From Yuukianura sp. NJ FZ-2021 (Eukaryota): DNA of 64,000 nucleotides. Of this stretch, positions 26,278-39,877 are shown piece after piece. Numbering within the stretch: the stretch's first letter is position 1; each line of letters opens with the position of its first letter. Position numbers and translations under genes: made by a program. The stretch spans positions 2,790,001 through 2,854,000 of the forward strand of contig CM102289.1 of assembly GCA_046563655.1 (NCBI GenBank), in the 5' to 3' direction. Under the pieces are notes generated by a model. It had not been told where the DNA came from, did not search any database, and was given only the letters and a program-made list of their open reading frames with translations.

Positions 26278-28180
26278 ATGGAGCAAACAGATCCAGAAGA
26301 ATTGCAAGAATCTAGACAATCAGGAAGTATAATCGTTGATATGTTTTCAAATGACGTAAGTTTTGTTTTTGAATTTTCGACTAAAACGCATTCAAAATAT
26401 TTTGTTTGTTTCCTTTGTAGATTTCTTTCGAAATCTTTTCAAGACTTCCTATGAAAGACGTCCTAACATGTCGACTCGTTTGTCGCAATTGGAGAGACAA
26501 CCCTGCTACACTGTTGATTCTAAGAACTAATACAAAACCAATCAACATCCGATCCAATATTGAGTTAAAGTATTTCTCGTGGCTCATGCGCACAACTCCA
26601 GGAGCTCAAATTCCATTTTCTAAGTTTGCATTCCACTTTGACCAAGACGTTGCTCCAAACGTAGTTGGAGAATTTTTGAGCAGATATGCTCTTGATGTCA
26701 CTGAACTAGCAATCCATTTCTACATTCAGAAGAGAGTGACCTACAAAATTTCAAAATGGGATTTACCAAAACATAGCAGTTGCACTCGAGTTGAGGACTA
26801 TCGGCAATCAGTTCCTCTGTTACTTCTAAATTCGTTAAACCTTACATCACTATACTTAACTGTTCACTTCGACTTTACGTTTCCAAGCACAGATGACTCA
26901 AGTTATGTTCAAGCATTTCAATATCTGAAAAAGTTCAAGGTAAAATTTGAATTATTGTACTCCGGAGATCGCCCAACGATATTCATGGATGCAACGATAT
27001 TCGACAACATAATCAAAAATTCCCCTCGTCTGCAAGTGCTCACTCTGCTCTACTATCCATATTTCTGCTCAGTCAACTACGATTATCCTGGATGTCCTGA
27101 AATGTACCGAGGAGACGGGACTAACCATGCTAAAGATACGATTTTTACAGAGGAAATGCGAAAGCTACCGCGTTTTTTAAGCCTCCTGCGTTCATCTTCT
27201 ACAAAAGTAAAACTTCGCCTTGGAATCATCACGGACAAATTTAGAAAAGCATTCAACCAACTCAGCAACTTGGATCCACAACCCAGGATCGTCGCCCTTG
27301 CCATTTCACTTCCACCGGAACTTGATCCTTGTCTCAGTACTTCAATTTGGAAATGGATTCAAACTTTGCCGCTTTCGAAACTCAAATTTTTTGAAAACTA
27401 TAGTCACTACTACGACATTCCCGACTTACCCACAAAGCTTTTTCACTCACTTCACCAACTACGCTTGACTCGTCTTACACCAATCACTTTAAACGATAAT
27501 CACTTACTTTTTCCAAATTTAAGAAAACTCAGTATTCAAATATTAGTTTCGGAAAAGATCCTAAACGGGCCTTCGATGTCTCCTAGTTTTGAGTCCTTTT
27601 GTTCTTTGGTAGCCAATGTTCCGCATCTGGAACATCTTAGGTTAACTGGAGATGTTTGGGAAATATTGACTGCTGAACCATTTAGAGACAACGAAAGTCA
27701 TGAAGCAATACAGAACTATGTACTACAACAAATTGAAAATCAGCGCGGGAAAGCATGTGAGATTTGGAGTCCAATCAAAAAACTTAAAAGTACAACAAAC
27801 GTGTTTGTTAAATTTATCAAGTTGTAGCTACTGCATAACTGATTATTGATTTAAAATTGATTTTTTTTTGTGAATTTGTGTTTCAGAGCTAAGAACTCTC
27901 CAGATTGATTCGTATTTTGATAGTTTGTGTGCTGCGGCATACGCTTCAGAAACTGGAAGGCTCCACCGACTGAGCCAATTCATCTTCATGACGAAAGCAA
28001 AGCTCGTAAGCCTTTTTGCTATGTTAAAAATTATTATTCAGTTAGAAACACCTCACTCAAAGCAAACTATACTTTCAGGGGAGCCCCTACTACGTTGAAG
28101 GTGTGGTTGCCGCGATTCTTCGCAAGTCTCATGACAAGGTGGAGTTCCCAAACAAATATATCAAAAATACACATACATAA
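26278..28180 (+). CDS. F-box protein, array member 2 (4 exons)
   Basis: FSND|ISFEIFSRLPMKDVLTCRLVCRNWRD; same exon structure as member 1. Confidence 0.85.
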
Positions 28181-28828
28181 AAGAAATGCATTCATCAGAA
28201 TCACAAATATATACTTCATTAAGAACGAGTTCATTTATTATTATGGGCAATTTTTGTATTTCAATTCCTTTAAATTAAGAAGTGAAAAAGTTGAAATTAA
28301 GTTATAAATTTACTTTACTTTAATAGTTGTAATTAGGTATCTATGTAAGCCAATCCTTCATTCCAAAATAAAGCCACTCATTCCACTATTAAAAAATTTT
28401 CATTTAAGTTTGTTCACTCATTTAGTTTCAATTTCTTGGAAATTTTGACAATAAAATTTATAAACTATCCCGCTAGTAGTATAAGTGGGCCATGTTTGCA
28501 GTTAGACCGTTGTTTTTTTTTGAAGAAACAATAGGATGCAATTCCGGTTTACTCCAACCGTTTCCATTGTTTGGTTTATGGTTTCCCACTACCCTGCACC
28601 TGCACGTTCACTACATGTTTGTTGTTTGCAATTGCAATGCAATCCAAGCATTCAGCTCGAAAGTTTTCACAAATAGCGTATCTCTTGTTCTAAAAATAAC
28701 TTTTTAAAGGTTTCGTGCTTAAGGGTTGCTTTTTGAAAAGTTGTAGAATTACTTTTCCTTTAGTTCCACACTAACAAAACAAGGAAATCGACGAAACGTT
28801 CGTGAGTTCTCGGAATTACAGAATAAAA

Positions 28829-31800
28829 ATGGAGCGAAAAAAACACCAAGAATTACAAGAATCGAATCAGTCAGACAATATCAGTAATCAATTTTCAAAT
28901 GAGGTTAGTTTTCCTTAACTTTGCGACGAAAAGGTATGCCTTAAAGTTTTCTTTGTTATTTGTATTTGTATAGATTTTCTTCAAAATCTTTTCCGCTCTT
29001 CCTGTGAAAGACGTCCTGACATGTCGACTCGTTTGTCGCAATTGGAGAGACAACGAAGCTACACTGTCGATTCTAAGAACTAGGACAAAACCAATCAACT
29101 TCCGATCCAATATTGAGTTAACATATTTTTCGTGGCTAATGCGCACTACTCCAGGAGCTCAAATTCCATTTTCTAAGTTTGTATTCCACTTTGACAAAGA
29201 TATCGCTGTAAACAAAGTTGAAGACTTTATGACCAGATATGGTTTAGATGTCACTGGGCTAGCAATCCATTTCTACATTCAGAAGACAATTATGTACGAA
29301 ATTTCAAAATGGACCATGCAAAAACAAATCGGTTACAAGCTGATTTCAGACTATCGACAATCAGTTCCTCTATTACTTCTAAATTCGTTAAAACTTACAA
29401 CACTATACTTAACGGTTCCGTTCAACTTTGACTTTCCAATCACAGATGACTCAAGTTACGTCCAAGCATTTCAGTACCTAAAAAAGTTGAAGGTAAAATT
29501 TGCATTAATGGACTCCGGATATAGCCTTCAGAACTCTGAGCTGCCAACAATGTTCGAAAACGTAATCAAAAATTCCCCGCGTCTACAAGTCCTCTCGCTA
29601 CTCTACTACCCGTACTTCTGTGCAGTCGAAAACGACTACCTTGGACGTCCGGAAAAGTACCCAGCAGACGAAGATACAATGCGTACTGACGAACTGCAAA
29701 ATCTGCCAACTTTTTTAAGCCTCCTTCGCTCATCTTCCACAAAAGTAAAACTTCGACTTGGAGTCATAACGAGTACGTTTCAAAATGCATTCAATCAACT
29801 CAGCAACTTGAATCCACAACCCAGGATTATTGCCCTTGCCATTTCACTTCCCCTTGAACTTGACCGTGCTCTCAGTGCTTCAATTTGGACGTGGATTCAA
29901 ACTTTGCCACTTTTGAAACTGAAATTTTTTGAAAACTATAGCCGCTACAGAGACATTCCCGACTTACCCACAAATCCTTTTTACTCTGTCCACCAACTTC
30001 GCTTGACTCGTTTCACACAAATCACTTCTAACCGAGACCATTTCCCGTTTCCAAATTTAAGAAAACTGAGTATTGAAATATTAGTTTCCGATGAGAACCA
30101 GAGAAGGTCTTCTATGTCTCCAGAATTTGTCGCTTTTTGTACTTTGGTAGCCAATGTTCCTCATCTGGAACATCTTAGGCTAAAAGAAGACGCGTGGGAA
30201 GTTTTGACTGTTGAACCATTTAGTAAAAGGCGAGGCGGAACGGGGGAATACGTACTACAGCAAATTGAAAATCAGCGTGGGAAACCTTGTGAGATACGGA
30301 GCCCAATCCAGCAACTCAAAAGTAAAACGAGAGTTTAAGAAAATATTTTCAATTCTTTAGCTCTAATTTGTGGCAATTACTTTTCTTTTATTAAGTAGCA
30401 AAAGCTATTTATTGGTTGACCTTGTCTGCCTGGCTGGCCGTCCGTCTCCCGCAATTATCTCGGAAACAGTTCATCATTTCCGGAATCTGTTTTCGCCGTT
30501 TGACCCCTAGTGACCCGGTGATGTTCAATATTGAATGTCACCTCGTTGGGTCAACTCCTTCCGGGTCAAAGATCATGGTCAACCGGTTTCATCCCCGGTG
30601 ACATGGAAAATGAGCTCTACAAAAGTTGTCCTCCTCATTGAGACCAACAACTTTTCTGTAATCACATGGCCGGAAGTGGGCTCCTTCCGGGTCAAAGGTC
30701 AACTTTTTTCATTTTAACGTCCTGCTTGGCGAGAAAGTAATGGGAACACACCCCCACTCCCGCGGGGGGGAACCCACTCCCACTTCGGAGGGGGTGGGAA
30801 AGTAGGAGGAACCCACCCTACTCCCGTGGGAGGGGGGCGTGAAAGTGGGGCAGGCGCACCCTCACTCCCTGGGTGGGACCGAAGCACGCCATTAGGCCCT
30901 ATGAATTAGGCCCTATGAATTAGGCCCTAAGCCAACAGGCCCTGCGAACCTACGAATTAGGCCCTAAACTTTTAGGCCCTAAGTGCCTTTAGGCCCTAAT
31001 AATTTTTAGGCCCTAAACTTTTAGGCCCTAAGCATCTTTAGGCCCTAGACTTTTAGACCCTAATAATTTTTAGGCCCACGTGATTCTATCAAATCTGTGA
31101 TCCACCAAAAAATTGAAACCCGAACAAGAAATTAAATTAAATTGTTTAATTAACTTATATTTTGTACCCACCCATTGTTTCCACCAGGTGGGGACATTTG
31201 TACCCACCAAAATCAAAAACAGTAAGTCCACCTAGCGGCAATAGAGAAACCTCTGAATTCACGCTGACAACATTTACTTTCTGATTCATTAAGTCTTGTG
31301 TTATTTTCCCGCGCCGAAGGCGCGGTGTTAGGTTTGGTTTAATTCACAATACTGGTACTGGCTTTGAATAGCATAGCAATGCTTTAGGGCATCTCTGATG
31401 CCCTTACGCAAAATTACAATGTGTACCGGGTTTCAATTTTTTGGTGGATCACAGATTTGATAGAATCACGGGGACGTAAAAATTATTAGGGTCTAAAACT
31501 CTAGGGCCTAAAGATGCTTAGGGCCTAAAAGTTTAGGGCCTAAAAATTATTAGGGCCTAATTCATTAGGGCCTAAAGGCAGTTAGGGCCTAAAAGTTTAG
31601 GGCCTAATTCGTAGGGCCTGTTGGCTTAGGGCCTAATTCATAGGGCCTAATGGCATGGAACCGGTGGGACATCTTTCGCTACTTCCGTACACCGGTTTAC
31701 AACCGTTTCTTGTTAATTTCAAATGAAATTTACTTGTGAATTTGTCTTTCAGAGCTGACAACTCTACAGGTTGACTGGCGTTTTGCTGGTTTGTGGGGAG

Positions 31801-32046
31801 CGGCGTATGCTTCAGCAACTGGAAGGCTCCAGCGGCTGAACCGATTCATCTTCTTGACGCAAGAAAAATATGTATGCTTTGTTGTTTAAATAGTTTAATT
31901 ACAAACGTATCGCTCACAGTAACTAAATTATTCGCTTTCAGCCAGGCGACCCTTCTTACGTTAAAAGTAAGGCTGCAGCTATACTTCGAGAATGTCATCA
32001 TAACGTGGAGTTCCCCAACGAATATATCGAAGACTGGAAAATATAA
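28829..32046 (+). CDS. F-box protein, array member 3 (4 exons; intron 2 expanded by nested transposons)
   Basis: FSNE|IFFKIFSALPVKDVLTCRLVCRNWRD; exons 3-4 at ~31754-31871 and ~31941-32046 match the paralogs. Confidence 0.8.
30393..31714 (+). mobile_element. DINE-1/Helentron-type non-autonomous element carrying a nested foldback MITE
   Basis: Subterminal IR aagtagcaaaag / ctttcgctactt (31673-31684); degenerate ctgt/ccgt tract; 3' hairpin accggtttacaaccgtt; body similar to 32755-33110. Confidence 0.7.
30880..31662. mobile_element. Foldback/Mutator-like MITE with ~235-bp TIRs built from taggcccta sub-repeats
   Basis: Left arm ~30888-31121 is the reverse complement of ~31427-31654; flanking direct repeat ggtgggac at 30872-30879 and 31663-31670. 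Confidence 0.85.
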
Positions 32047-32496
32047 TAAGCTTATTCACCACCAACACAAGGAGACACTCTGCGTTCATTTATCAGATGC
32101 ATTTAGATTCTTTCAAGTCGATTTTCACATCGCATCGGGAGTTTTTGTAAATTTGTGTAATAATTAATAAATGTTACGTTGTAGCAATACGATATTTGTA
32201 TTTAGACTTATATTTAGTTTGCTTTTTCTTTGTTAAACTTGCTAAAATGGGCGTAACAAAGGATTATGTCTTGGAAAGGTGTGGGGATCACTGGCAAAAA
32301 CATTTCAAAACATTAAAAGAAAACAGACGTCGACTTTCTCTCATAACTGGACGGCTGGGGATGTCCTCAGAGACGCATAGTAATCTGCCTCATTATTCTC
32401 CTAAGTACCATAATCTATAACAGAAAAATACGCAGTGAAATGTGTGTAAGAGAGGAGAAAATATAGATTGAATATTATATAACTAATGCGATTACA

Positions 32497-32703
32497 TAGT
32501 GAGGGGCACGAAATCCTGCACACCTCAAAAGTAGCGTTCTGCTTATTTTGTGAAATTGTGGGGGAGAGGAAATGGTTTCACGAAAATGAGAGTTTTGCAA
32601 CAAATTCAAAGTTTTCTACAAAAAAGTTACGTTTTCGTCTTCACACTTTAGTTGCTACTGGGGAGACAAAATTCGGGGTTGCGGGTTTTTGTGCCCCTCA
32701 CTG
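32497..32703. mobile_element. Tc1/mariner-type MITE (~207 bp)
   Basis: Imperfect TIR tagtgaggggcacgaaatcctgca / tgcgggtttttgtgcccctcactg followed by TA. Confidence 0.65.
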
Positions 32704-32754
32704 TACAACACAAATTATAATTTCCCTACTTAAATTAGTAGTTACTTCATTATT

Positions 32755-33566
32755 ATAATAGCGAAGCTATTATGATAAAAGTGGTTTGTCTGTCTGTCTG
32801 TCTGTCCGTCCGTCTGTCTGTCTGTCCGTCTGTCCGGATTAATTATCTCAGAAACTACTGGTCCGATTTCATTCCGGTTTTCACCGGTGACCATGTCATG
32901 ACCCGGGCTTGGTCACTATTGAATATGACCCCCGGGTGTCAACTCCTTCCGGGTCAAAGGTCAAGGTCAACCGGTTTCATCCCCGGTAACATAGAAAATG
33001 ACCTCTACAAAAGTTGTTCATCTCATCGAGAGGAACAACTTTTGTGTGTAATGTGTGACCCTAGGTCACCTGCTTCCGGGTCAAAATCGATTTCAAAGGT
33101 CATTTAACTCTGCTTGTGAGACTGGAAAGACAATTGGCATGGGAGTTGGTTCTCTGCTTAGCAAAAAATCTATTACGCAGTTGACATAGTATACACATTA
33201 CACACTCATGCACTGTGTCCACCGGGTGTCACCTGTCACTTGGCGGGTGTCACCTGTCACTTCCGGGTGTGACCTGTCACCTGTCACTTCCGGGTGTCAC
33301 CTGTCACTTGCCGGGTGTCACCTGTCACCTGTCACTTCCGGGTGTCACCTGTCACCTGTCACCTCCGGGTGTCACCTGTCACCTGTCACTTCCGGGTGTC
33401 ACCTGTCACTTCCGGGTGTCACCTGTCACTTCCGGGTGTCACCTGTCACCTGTCACTTCCGGGTGTCACCTGTCACTTGCCGGGTGTCACCTGTCACTTG
33501 CCTTTAGAAAGCTGCCCTATTGCTTCGCTATTATCATTATGGGCGGTTTACAACCGGTTTATTATT
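32755..33566 (+). mobile_element. DINE-1/Helentron-type non-autonomous element with internal minisatellite
   Basis: Perfect 13-bp subterminal IR ataatagcgaagc (32755) / gcttcgctattat (33522); ctgt/ccgt microsatellite near the 5' end; 3' hairpin cggtttacaaccg. Confidence 0.8.
33221..33500. repeat. Minisatellite of ccgggtgtcacctgtcactt units with variable tgtcacc sub-repeats
   Basis: About 12 tandem units of roughly 20-27 nt, directly visible. Confidence 0.95.
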
Positions 33567-34059
33567 ACCCAACTTTTTTCTACGTCGACGTTTTTCCGCA
33601 ACGATCCCTTGTCTGTAACCTTTCCGTTGCTGCAAAATGGAAAGTTGACGTAGAATTTTTGTTGTTGTTGCAATTTGTTCATATGTTTTTGCTAGTGATC
33701 TCCCCCCATAGATATGGGGTTATATTACAAAAGAAATTTTAAAAGTTTGTTTTTGAAATTTATTTTTTTCACAAAAGGGTAACTTTTTTCTTGTTTTGAA
33801 AATAACCTTTTCAAGGTTTCGTTGTTAGGGTTGTTCTTTGAATTTGAGGTTGTGTTGTGCTTTTCTGCTGTTACCATTTTTTCTTCTCCATAGTTCGAGA
33901 ATAACAAAATCAGTAAGTTCGAGCCGTTCCACTATGGGAAATAAGAAGAGAATGTGTTTCAAGTTTTACGGGCAAAGTGAATGGAAAACCTGAAACACAT
34001 TCCCTCTATATCTCCCACTGTGCGTTCGTGAGTTCTCGGAATTCCAAAATAAGAATAAG

Positions 34060-35955
34060 ATGGAGCAAGAAGAATTACAAGAATCTAATCAATCAGAAAA
34101 TATGAGTAATCAATTTTCAAATGGGGTATGTTTTCTTTAACTTTGAGACTAAAGATATAGTAGCTCAAAGTTCTTTATTTGTTTTATTTGTAGATTTTTT
34201 CAAAATCTTTTCGGCTCTTCCTGTTAAAGACGTCCTATCATGTCGGCTCGTTTGCCGCACTTGGAGACACAACCAAGCTATACTGCTGATTCTAAGAACT
34301 AGGGCAAAACCAATCAACTTCCTATGCAACACCGACATTAAGTATTTCTCGTGGCTCATGCGCACAACTCCAGGATTTCAGATTCCATTTCCTAAGCTTG
34401 CATTCCACTTTAACCAAAATATTGCTGCAAGCACAGTTGAAGATTTTTTGAGTCATGGTTTGGATGTCACTGGGCTAGCAATCAATTTCTACATTCAGAA
34501 GAGAGTGACTTACAAAATTTCAAAATGGGCCGAACAAAAACACAGTCGTTACACGCCGGTTACTGACTATCGACAATCAGTTTCTACGTTACTTCATAGC
34601 GCGTTAAACCTTACATCACTCTATTTAACGGTTCCCCTCCAGTTTGAATTTCCAAACACAGACGACTCAGGTTACGTTCAAGCATTTCAGTACCTAAAAA
34701 AGTTCAAGGTAAAATTCGTAGTAATGAATTCCGGACTTCCCCTTCATAGCTCTGAGCAGCCAACAATTTTTGAAAGCATAATTAAGAATTCTCCTCGTTT
34801 GCAAGTCCTCTCTCCTCTACTATCCGTATTTCTGTGCAGTGCAGCACGACAATCCTGCAAGCCCAGGAAAGTATCCATCAAATGAAGTTACAATGCGTAT
34901 GCCTGAACTGCAAAGACTGCCAATTTTCTTGGGCCTCCTTCGCTCATCTTCCACAAAAGTAAAACTTCGACTTGGAATCATCACGAATACGTTTCAAAAT
35001 GCATTTATTCAACTCCGAAACTCGGATCCACAACCCAGGATTGTTTCCCTTGCCATTTCACTTCCCCCGGAAGTTCACTTCGCTCTCAGAAAAGCAATTT
35101 GGACATGGATCCAAACTTTGCCTCTTTTGAAACTTAAATTTTTTGAAAACTACAGTCGCCATATGCTGGACATTCCCGTCGTTCCCACAAAGCCTTTCTA
35201 CTCTCTCAACCAACTACGCTTGACTCGTCTCACACAACTCACTTTAGAACGTGATTATTTACTTTTTCCAAATATAAAAAAACTCACTATTCACTCAGTT
35301 TCAGAAGAGATCACCAACGGCCCTGCGATGTCTCCAGACTTTGAAGCGTTTTGTTCTTTGGTAGCAAATGTTCCTCATCTGGAACATCTTAGACTAAATG
35401 AAAACGCGTGGGAAGTTTTGACTGCTGAACCATTCAGGGACATCAGAGAAAGCCATAACGCAACCGAGAACTACGTATTACAGCAAATTGAAATCAGCGT
35501 GGGAAAATCTCTGAAATATTCAGCCCAATCAAGAAACTTAAAAGTAAACCAACTTTAGTTTTTTGTTTTGCAATTTTTCAAATATAAGCTACAAATGGCT
35601 GATTTTTTTTATTAGTGTTGACTTCATGTGTTTTTTTTTTTGTGAATTTTATAGAGCTAAAAACTCTCCAGGTTGATTGGGATTTTGTTAGTTTGTGTGC
35701 TGCGGCGTATGCCTCAGAAACTGGAAGGCTCCAGCGACTGGGTCGATTCATCTTCATGACGAAAGAAGAGCTCGTATGCTTTATTGATTTACTAAAAATT
35801 TATACAAGAATTACAAACGCCTCACTCATAGTAAATTATTTGCTTTCAGCCGGGTGACACATATTACGTAAATAGTGTGGCTGCAGCGATTCTTCGTAAA
35901 TGCCATGACCATGTGGAGTTCCTGAACAAATATATCAAAGACTGAAGAATATAAC
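34060..35955 (+). pseudogene. F-box array member 4, two frameshifts
   Basis: F-box IFSALPVKDVLSCRLVCRTWRH. A 2-nt loss in a CT run at ~34810 and a 1-nt loss in an A run at ~35492 relative to the paralogs. Confidence 0.7.
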
Positions 35956-36519
35956 AAACGTATTCGAATTTGAATCGCAAATACACAACAAACACATAAG
36001 TAAATAAAAGTATGCGTTCATTCTTCAGCAACGGAAACTTTGTATTTAGATTTTTTCAAGTCGATTTTAACATTTCTTTGAGAATTTTTATAATATGGGT
36101 TGAGTTTTAGCAATTTGTAATTAGACTGTATGTTTTCTTAAAACAAAACTAAGGTAAATACAAACGCCCAGCTCTGGTGTTATAGCGCTTAATGGCTTCG
36201 CCAATGTGTTTTTATTAATATAACAAAAAATATGGTTTCGCTGTAATTCCCACAAAGAACAAAAAAGTTCTTCATTTCCTTCAGCATGGAGTACTAATTT
36301 ACAAAAAGGGTTTCGAAAGTTCCTTGACCAGGCACAAAAGCTTTTATTTTTGGTGTAAATAAAATTATTTTTAGTTCACCGTTTGCCCTTTGGCGTTTTC
36401 AAAACATTTTTTCTTTCAAGTTTGAGCATTCAGTTTTCACTTTGTAGTTACACACTCACAACCAAACAGAATTGGAAATATTAAGTGCACGGTTATTCAA
36501 GTATATAAAAATCTATAGA

Positions 36520-39268
36520 ATGGAAAAAATGTTGAGTTTGGAAACTTCAAGTCAAACACCAACATTTTTTGGAATCCTGCTTCCACAGGAGGTATTTTTC
36601 GTTTACGAATTTTAAGATCTTGTATATTCTTTGTCGTATTTTTTGAACTTTTTGATAGGTTTTTGTTGAAATCCTTTCATGGTTACCCATCAACGACCTT
36701 CTGAACTGTCGTCTTGTTTGTCGCAGTTGGAGGAATGACCCAGCAATATTTTACGTACTACGAAAATGTCACAAGCCAATTCATTTTCGAACAAACAATG
36801 AAATCAAGTATTTCATGTGGCTCATGCGCACAACTCCAGGAAACACTCCGTTTTCAAAGTTTGCTTTCGAATTTGATCAAGACATTGCTCTGAGTACAGT
36901 TCTAGATTTTTTGAAAGTTACGGAAGTTACTGCAATTAGTTTGCTGCACATCCTTCAGAAGAGATTCACTTTTAAATTTCCGAATGTGAAAGTAAAAAGT
37001 AATTCGTGGAAACAAGATTATGGACTATCAGTTTGCAAGTTCCTCTTCAGCACTTCAAATTTAACATCCCTGTATCTGGTGGTTTTCTACGGATGCAAAT
37101 TTCCAACAACAAATGAAGCAAGTTGTGCTCAAGCGTTCCGAGGGTTGAAAAAGTTCAAGGTCAAATTTGCAATAGTCTATTCTCGAAGGCTTTCTGAGGA
37201 ACCCACAGTGTTTGAAAATATTATCAAGCACTCTCCTCGTCTTCAAGTACTTTCTCTGCTATACTATCCATATTTTTGCTCGGTCGACTACAATTATCCA
37301 GGCATTCCACTGGCTGTAAGATACAGTAGGAACGGAACGGAAAACTATCATGGAAAAATAATGGAACAAGCAGAATTACAAAAACTGCCGAATTTTTTGC
37401 GTCTTCTTTGTTCACCGTCAACAACAAAAGTAAAACTTCGACTCGGAATCATCACCGAAGCATTTCAAAATGTTTGTACGCAACTTGTGGCCTTAAATCC
37501 GCAACCCCGAATTGTTGCCCTTGCAATTTCGCTTCCCACTGAACTTGATCTGGCACTCAAATCGTCAATTTGGAACTGGATTCAAACTTTGCCGCTATCC
37601 AAACTCAAGTTTTTTCAAAATTTTAGTCATTATGACGACTTTCCTGAGCTGCCCACTAGCCCATTCTACACTGTTCATCAACTTCGCTTGACTAGTGTCA
37701 CAAACATACCTACAAATGCTGCACATTTGCTGTTTCCAAACTTGACGAAACTTAGTGTGGACATACGGATAAATTACCGTGGTCAATCATTACATCCGGA
37801 TTTTGATGCTTTTTGCTCCTTGGTGACCTGTTTACCTCAATTGGAACATTTAAGGATCAGTGGAACGTCATGGGAACTGTTAACTGGCGAAACTTTAACA
37901 AACGACTCGAAGATTTACGTGCTTCAGCAAATCGAAAATTTGGAAGGAAGAACATTCGGCGTTGCTAAAAATCCAATTCAAGAAATTAAAAGTAAATGAA
38001 TATAATTTAACCCAATTAAAAATTAGTTTAATTTTTAATTTTAATACACGGGTAATGATGCACAAGTAATATTCAATTAGTTCAATCAAAAAGTTTAGTT
38101 TTTAACTCAACATCGCTTATTTCAGAACTGAAGTATCTTGAAATTGATTGGATATTCGACGGCATGTATGCTGCTTTGTATGCCTCAGCCACGGGAAGGC
38201 TAAAGAGACTCCAACGATTCACTTGTTTCACATACAACAATGACCCGGTAATTTGTCATGTTTTTTGTTTGGAAAATGTCAATTCAATTAACAATTATAG
38301 TCCAAGTCAAAATTCCGTACAGATTGTTGATTCGTCAAATTTCTCCGTTGCCCCGACAAACACCCAAATTGACGAAAAATATACCGAGCAGCATTGTACC
38401 CAAGTTTGCACAAAGTTTTAATTTGCATTTTAACTAAATTATAATTTATTTCTTAGTTAAGGGGCAACGGTAACGTAATTTAATTAAGAGTCATGCGCAA
38501 CTCCGTATGGTTGATCTTTGAATGGGGAAGTCGCGAGTATCTTTTACAACAACGCATTGCAATGGTTTGTTCTTTGTTTTGTATTTTCATCTGAGTTTTA
38601 AAAAATGCAATTTTTCGAAAAGGTTAGTTGATTAAGGGTAATATTGTTTACTAATCCACAATTAGAATGACAGTACTTTCGCATTAAATGCGAAAGTACC
38701 TACAAGTTAGCAAGGGAATCCCGTTCGGTGGACGGAATTGCGTCCCCGAAAAACAAAAACGCTGGCAGAAATAAAATTGTTCTGGATTCTTTTGATGAAG
38801 GTGTAATCCGAAGAATAATTCTCACTGCTTACTCCAACAAAAGTGGAATACCTCAGAGTCCTGCGTGATGACCCCTATTTCCCGGCAATGAGTGTAACAA
38901 CCCTACAACGAATTATGAAACGTCAACTTAAGTTCAAATTTAGCAAATTTAAAGGGAAGCCAGTGCCAGTCGATCTAATCGAACTCGAATAATTTTTCCT
39001 ATTTTAGTTCCAATTGGGTAGCGCATACCCACTTTAAATTTACAGTACTTTTTCATTCAGAAGGGTGCATTGTGGTTAGTTTTGCCGTAGCGTAACCATG
39101 GGGAAAAATATGAATTTTTAAATAAACAATCTGTACGGAATTTTGACTTGGACTATAAATGTTATTTACCATTCGTAGCCCCCGTCAAGCAGTTACGTAG
39201 AAGAGGTCATGAACCTTATTGGGAAATACCATGACAACGCAGTCTACATCAATGTAGAAATAAAATAA
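36520..39268 (+). CDS. F-box protein, array member 5 (4 exons; last intron holds a Tc1/mariner derivative)
   Basis: LLPQE|VFVEILSWLPINDLLNCRLVCRSWRN; last exon ~39179-39268. Confidence 0.8.
38298..39155 (+). mobile_element. Internally deleted IS630-Tc1-mariner element (858 bp)
   Basis: Perfect 31-bp TIR tagtccaagtcaaaattccgtacagattgtt flanked by TA on both sides. Decayed HTH-region coding at ~38710-38960 (SPKNKNAGRNKIVLDSFDEGVIRRII..SVTTLQRIMKRQLKFKFSK). Confidence 0.9.
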
Positions 39269-39381
39269 GTTGTACAGATATACGTAAAATATAATGACCA
39301 GTAGTGTGTAGTTCCATAAATTTATATTACAATATATACAACTATTTTTAGATTTGGGAAATCGTGTTTTATTAATATAAT

Positions 39382-39877
39382 CAGAGATCGGAAAAGTACG
39401 TAAAAACTTTTTTTTAGGACGTTTAGCACTTTGCGGACTTTTAAAAACTTAAAAAAGTTTTAAAAACTTTTTTGACCATAAAAACTAATTTAGGACTTTT
39501 TTCCTTAAATATGTCAAAAAATGCCAATTTTGTCATCAAAAATGGCAAAAGTTTAAAAAAAAATAAACAAATTTGATCGAATTCGGTTGGGAAAAAAATC
39601 ACTGAAAAACAAAAGTCCAGCTTCAGAAAATAAAATTTAGAAAAAATACATCAGGTAATGGTCGACAGCGTTTTGTCATAGAAAACTTTGAAGGTTTTGA
39701 ATTTTGAGCTTGCCACGTGGCTTGGGGGGCAATAAATTACTGATATTTCTTAATTTTTGGGACTTCTCGTATACGTTTTTAGAACTATTTTGGAACTTTT
39801 TTGACCAATTTTGAAGAACTTTTTAAGCGCTTAAAACTTAAAACGCCCTTTTTTGGAGCGTACTTATCCGATCCTTG
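39382..39877. mobile_element. hAT-type MITE (496 bp)
   Basis: TIR cagagatcggaaaagtacg / cgtacttatccgatccttg; TSD aatataat / aatataac; paralogous empty site at ~36205-36230. Confidence 0.85.

Noticed and set aside
30890..31655. CRISPR-like spaced repeats (taggcccta)
   Set aside because: Spacers are only a few nt, the arms are inverted, no cas genes are present and the context is eukaryotic; these are MITE TIR sub-repeats.
33208..33742. Repetitive Cys/His-rich ORFs in three frames
   Set aside because: Translation of a minisatellite within a transposon.
36165..36205. tRNA-like 5' fragment
   Set aside because: No T-arm/B-box or acceptor-stem pairing.
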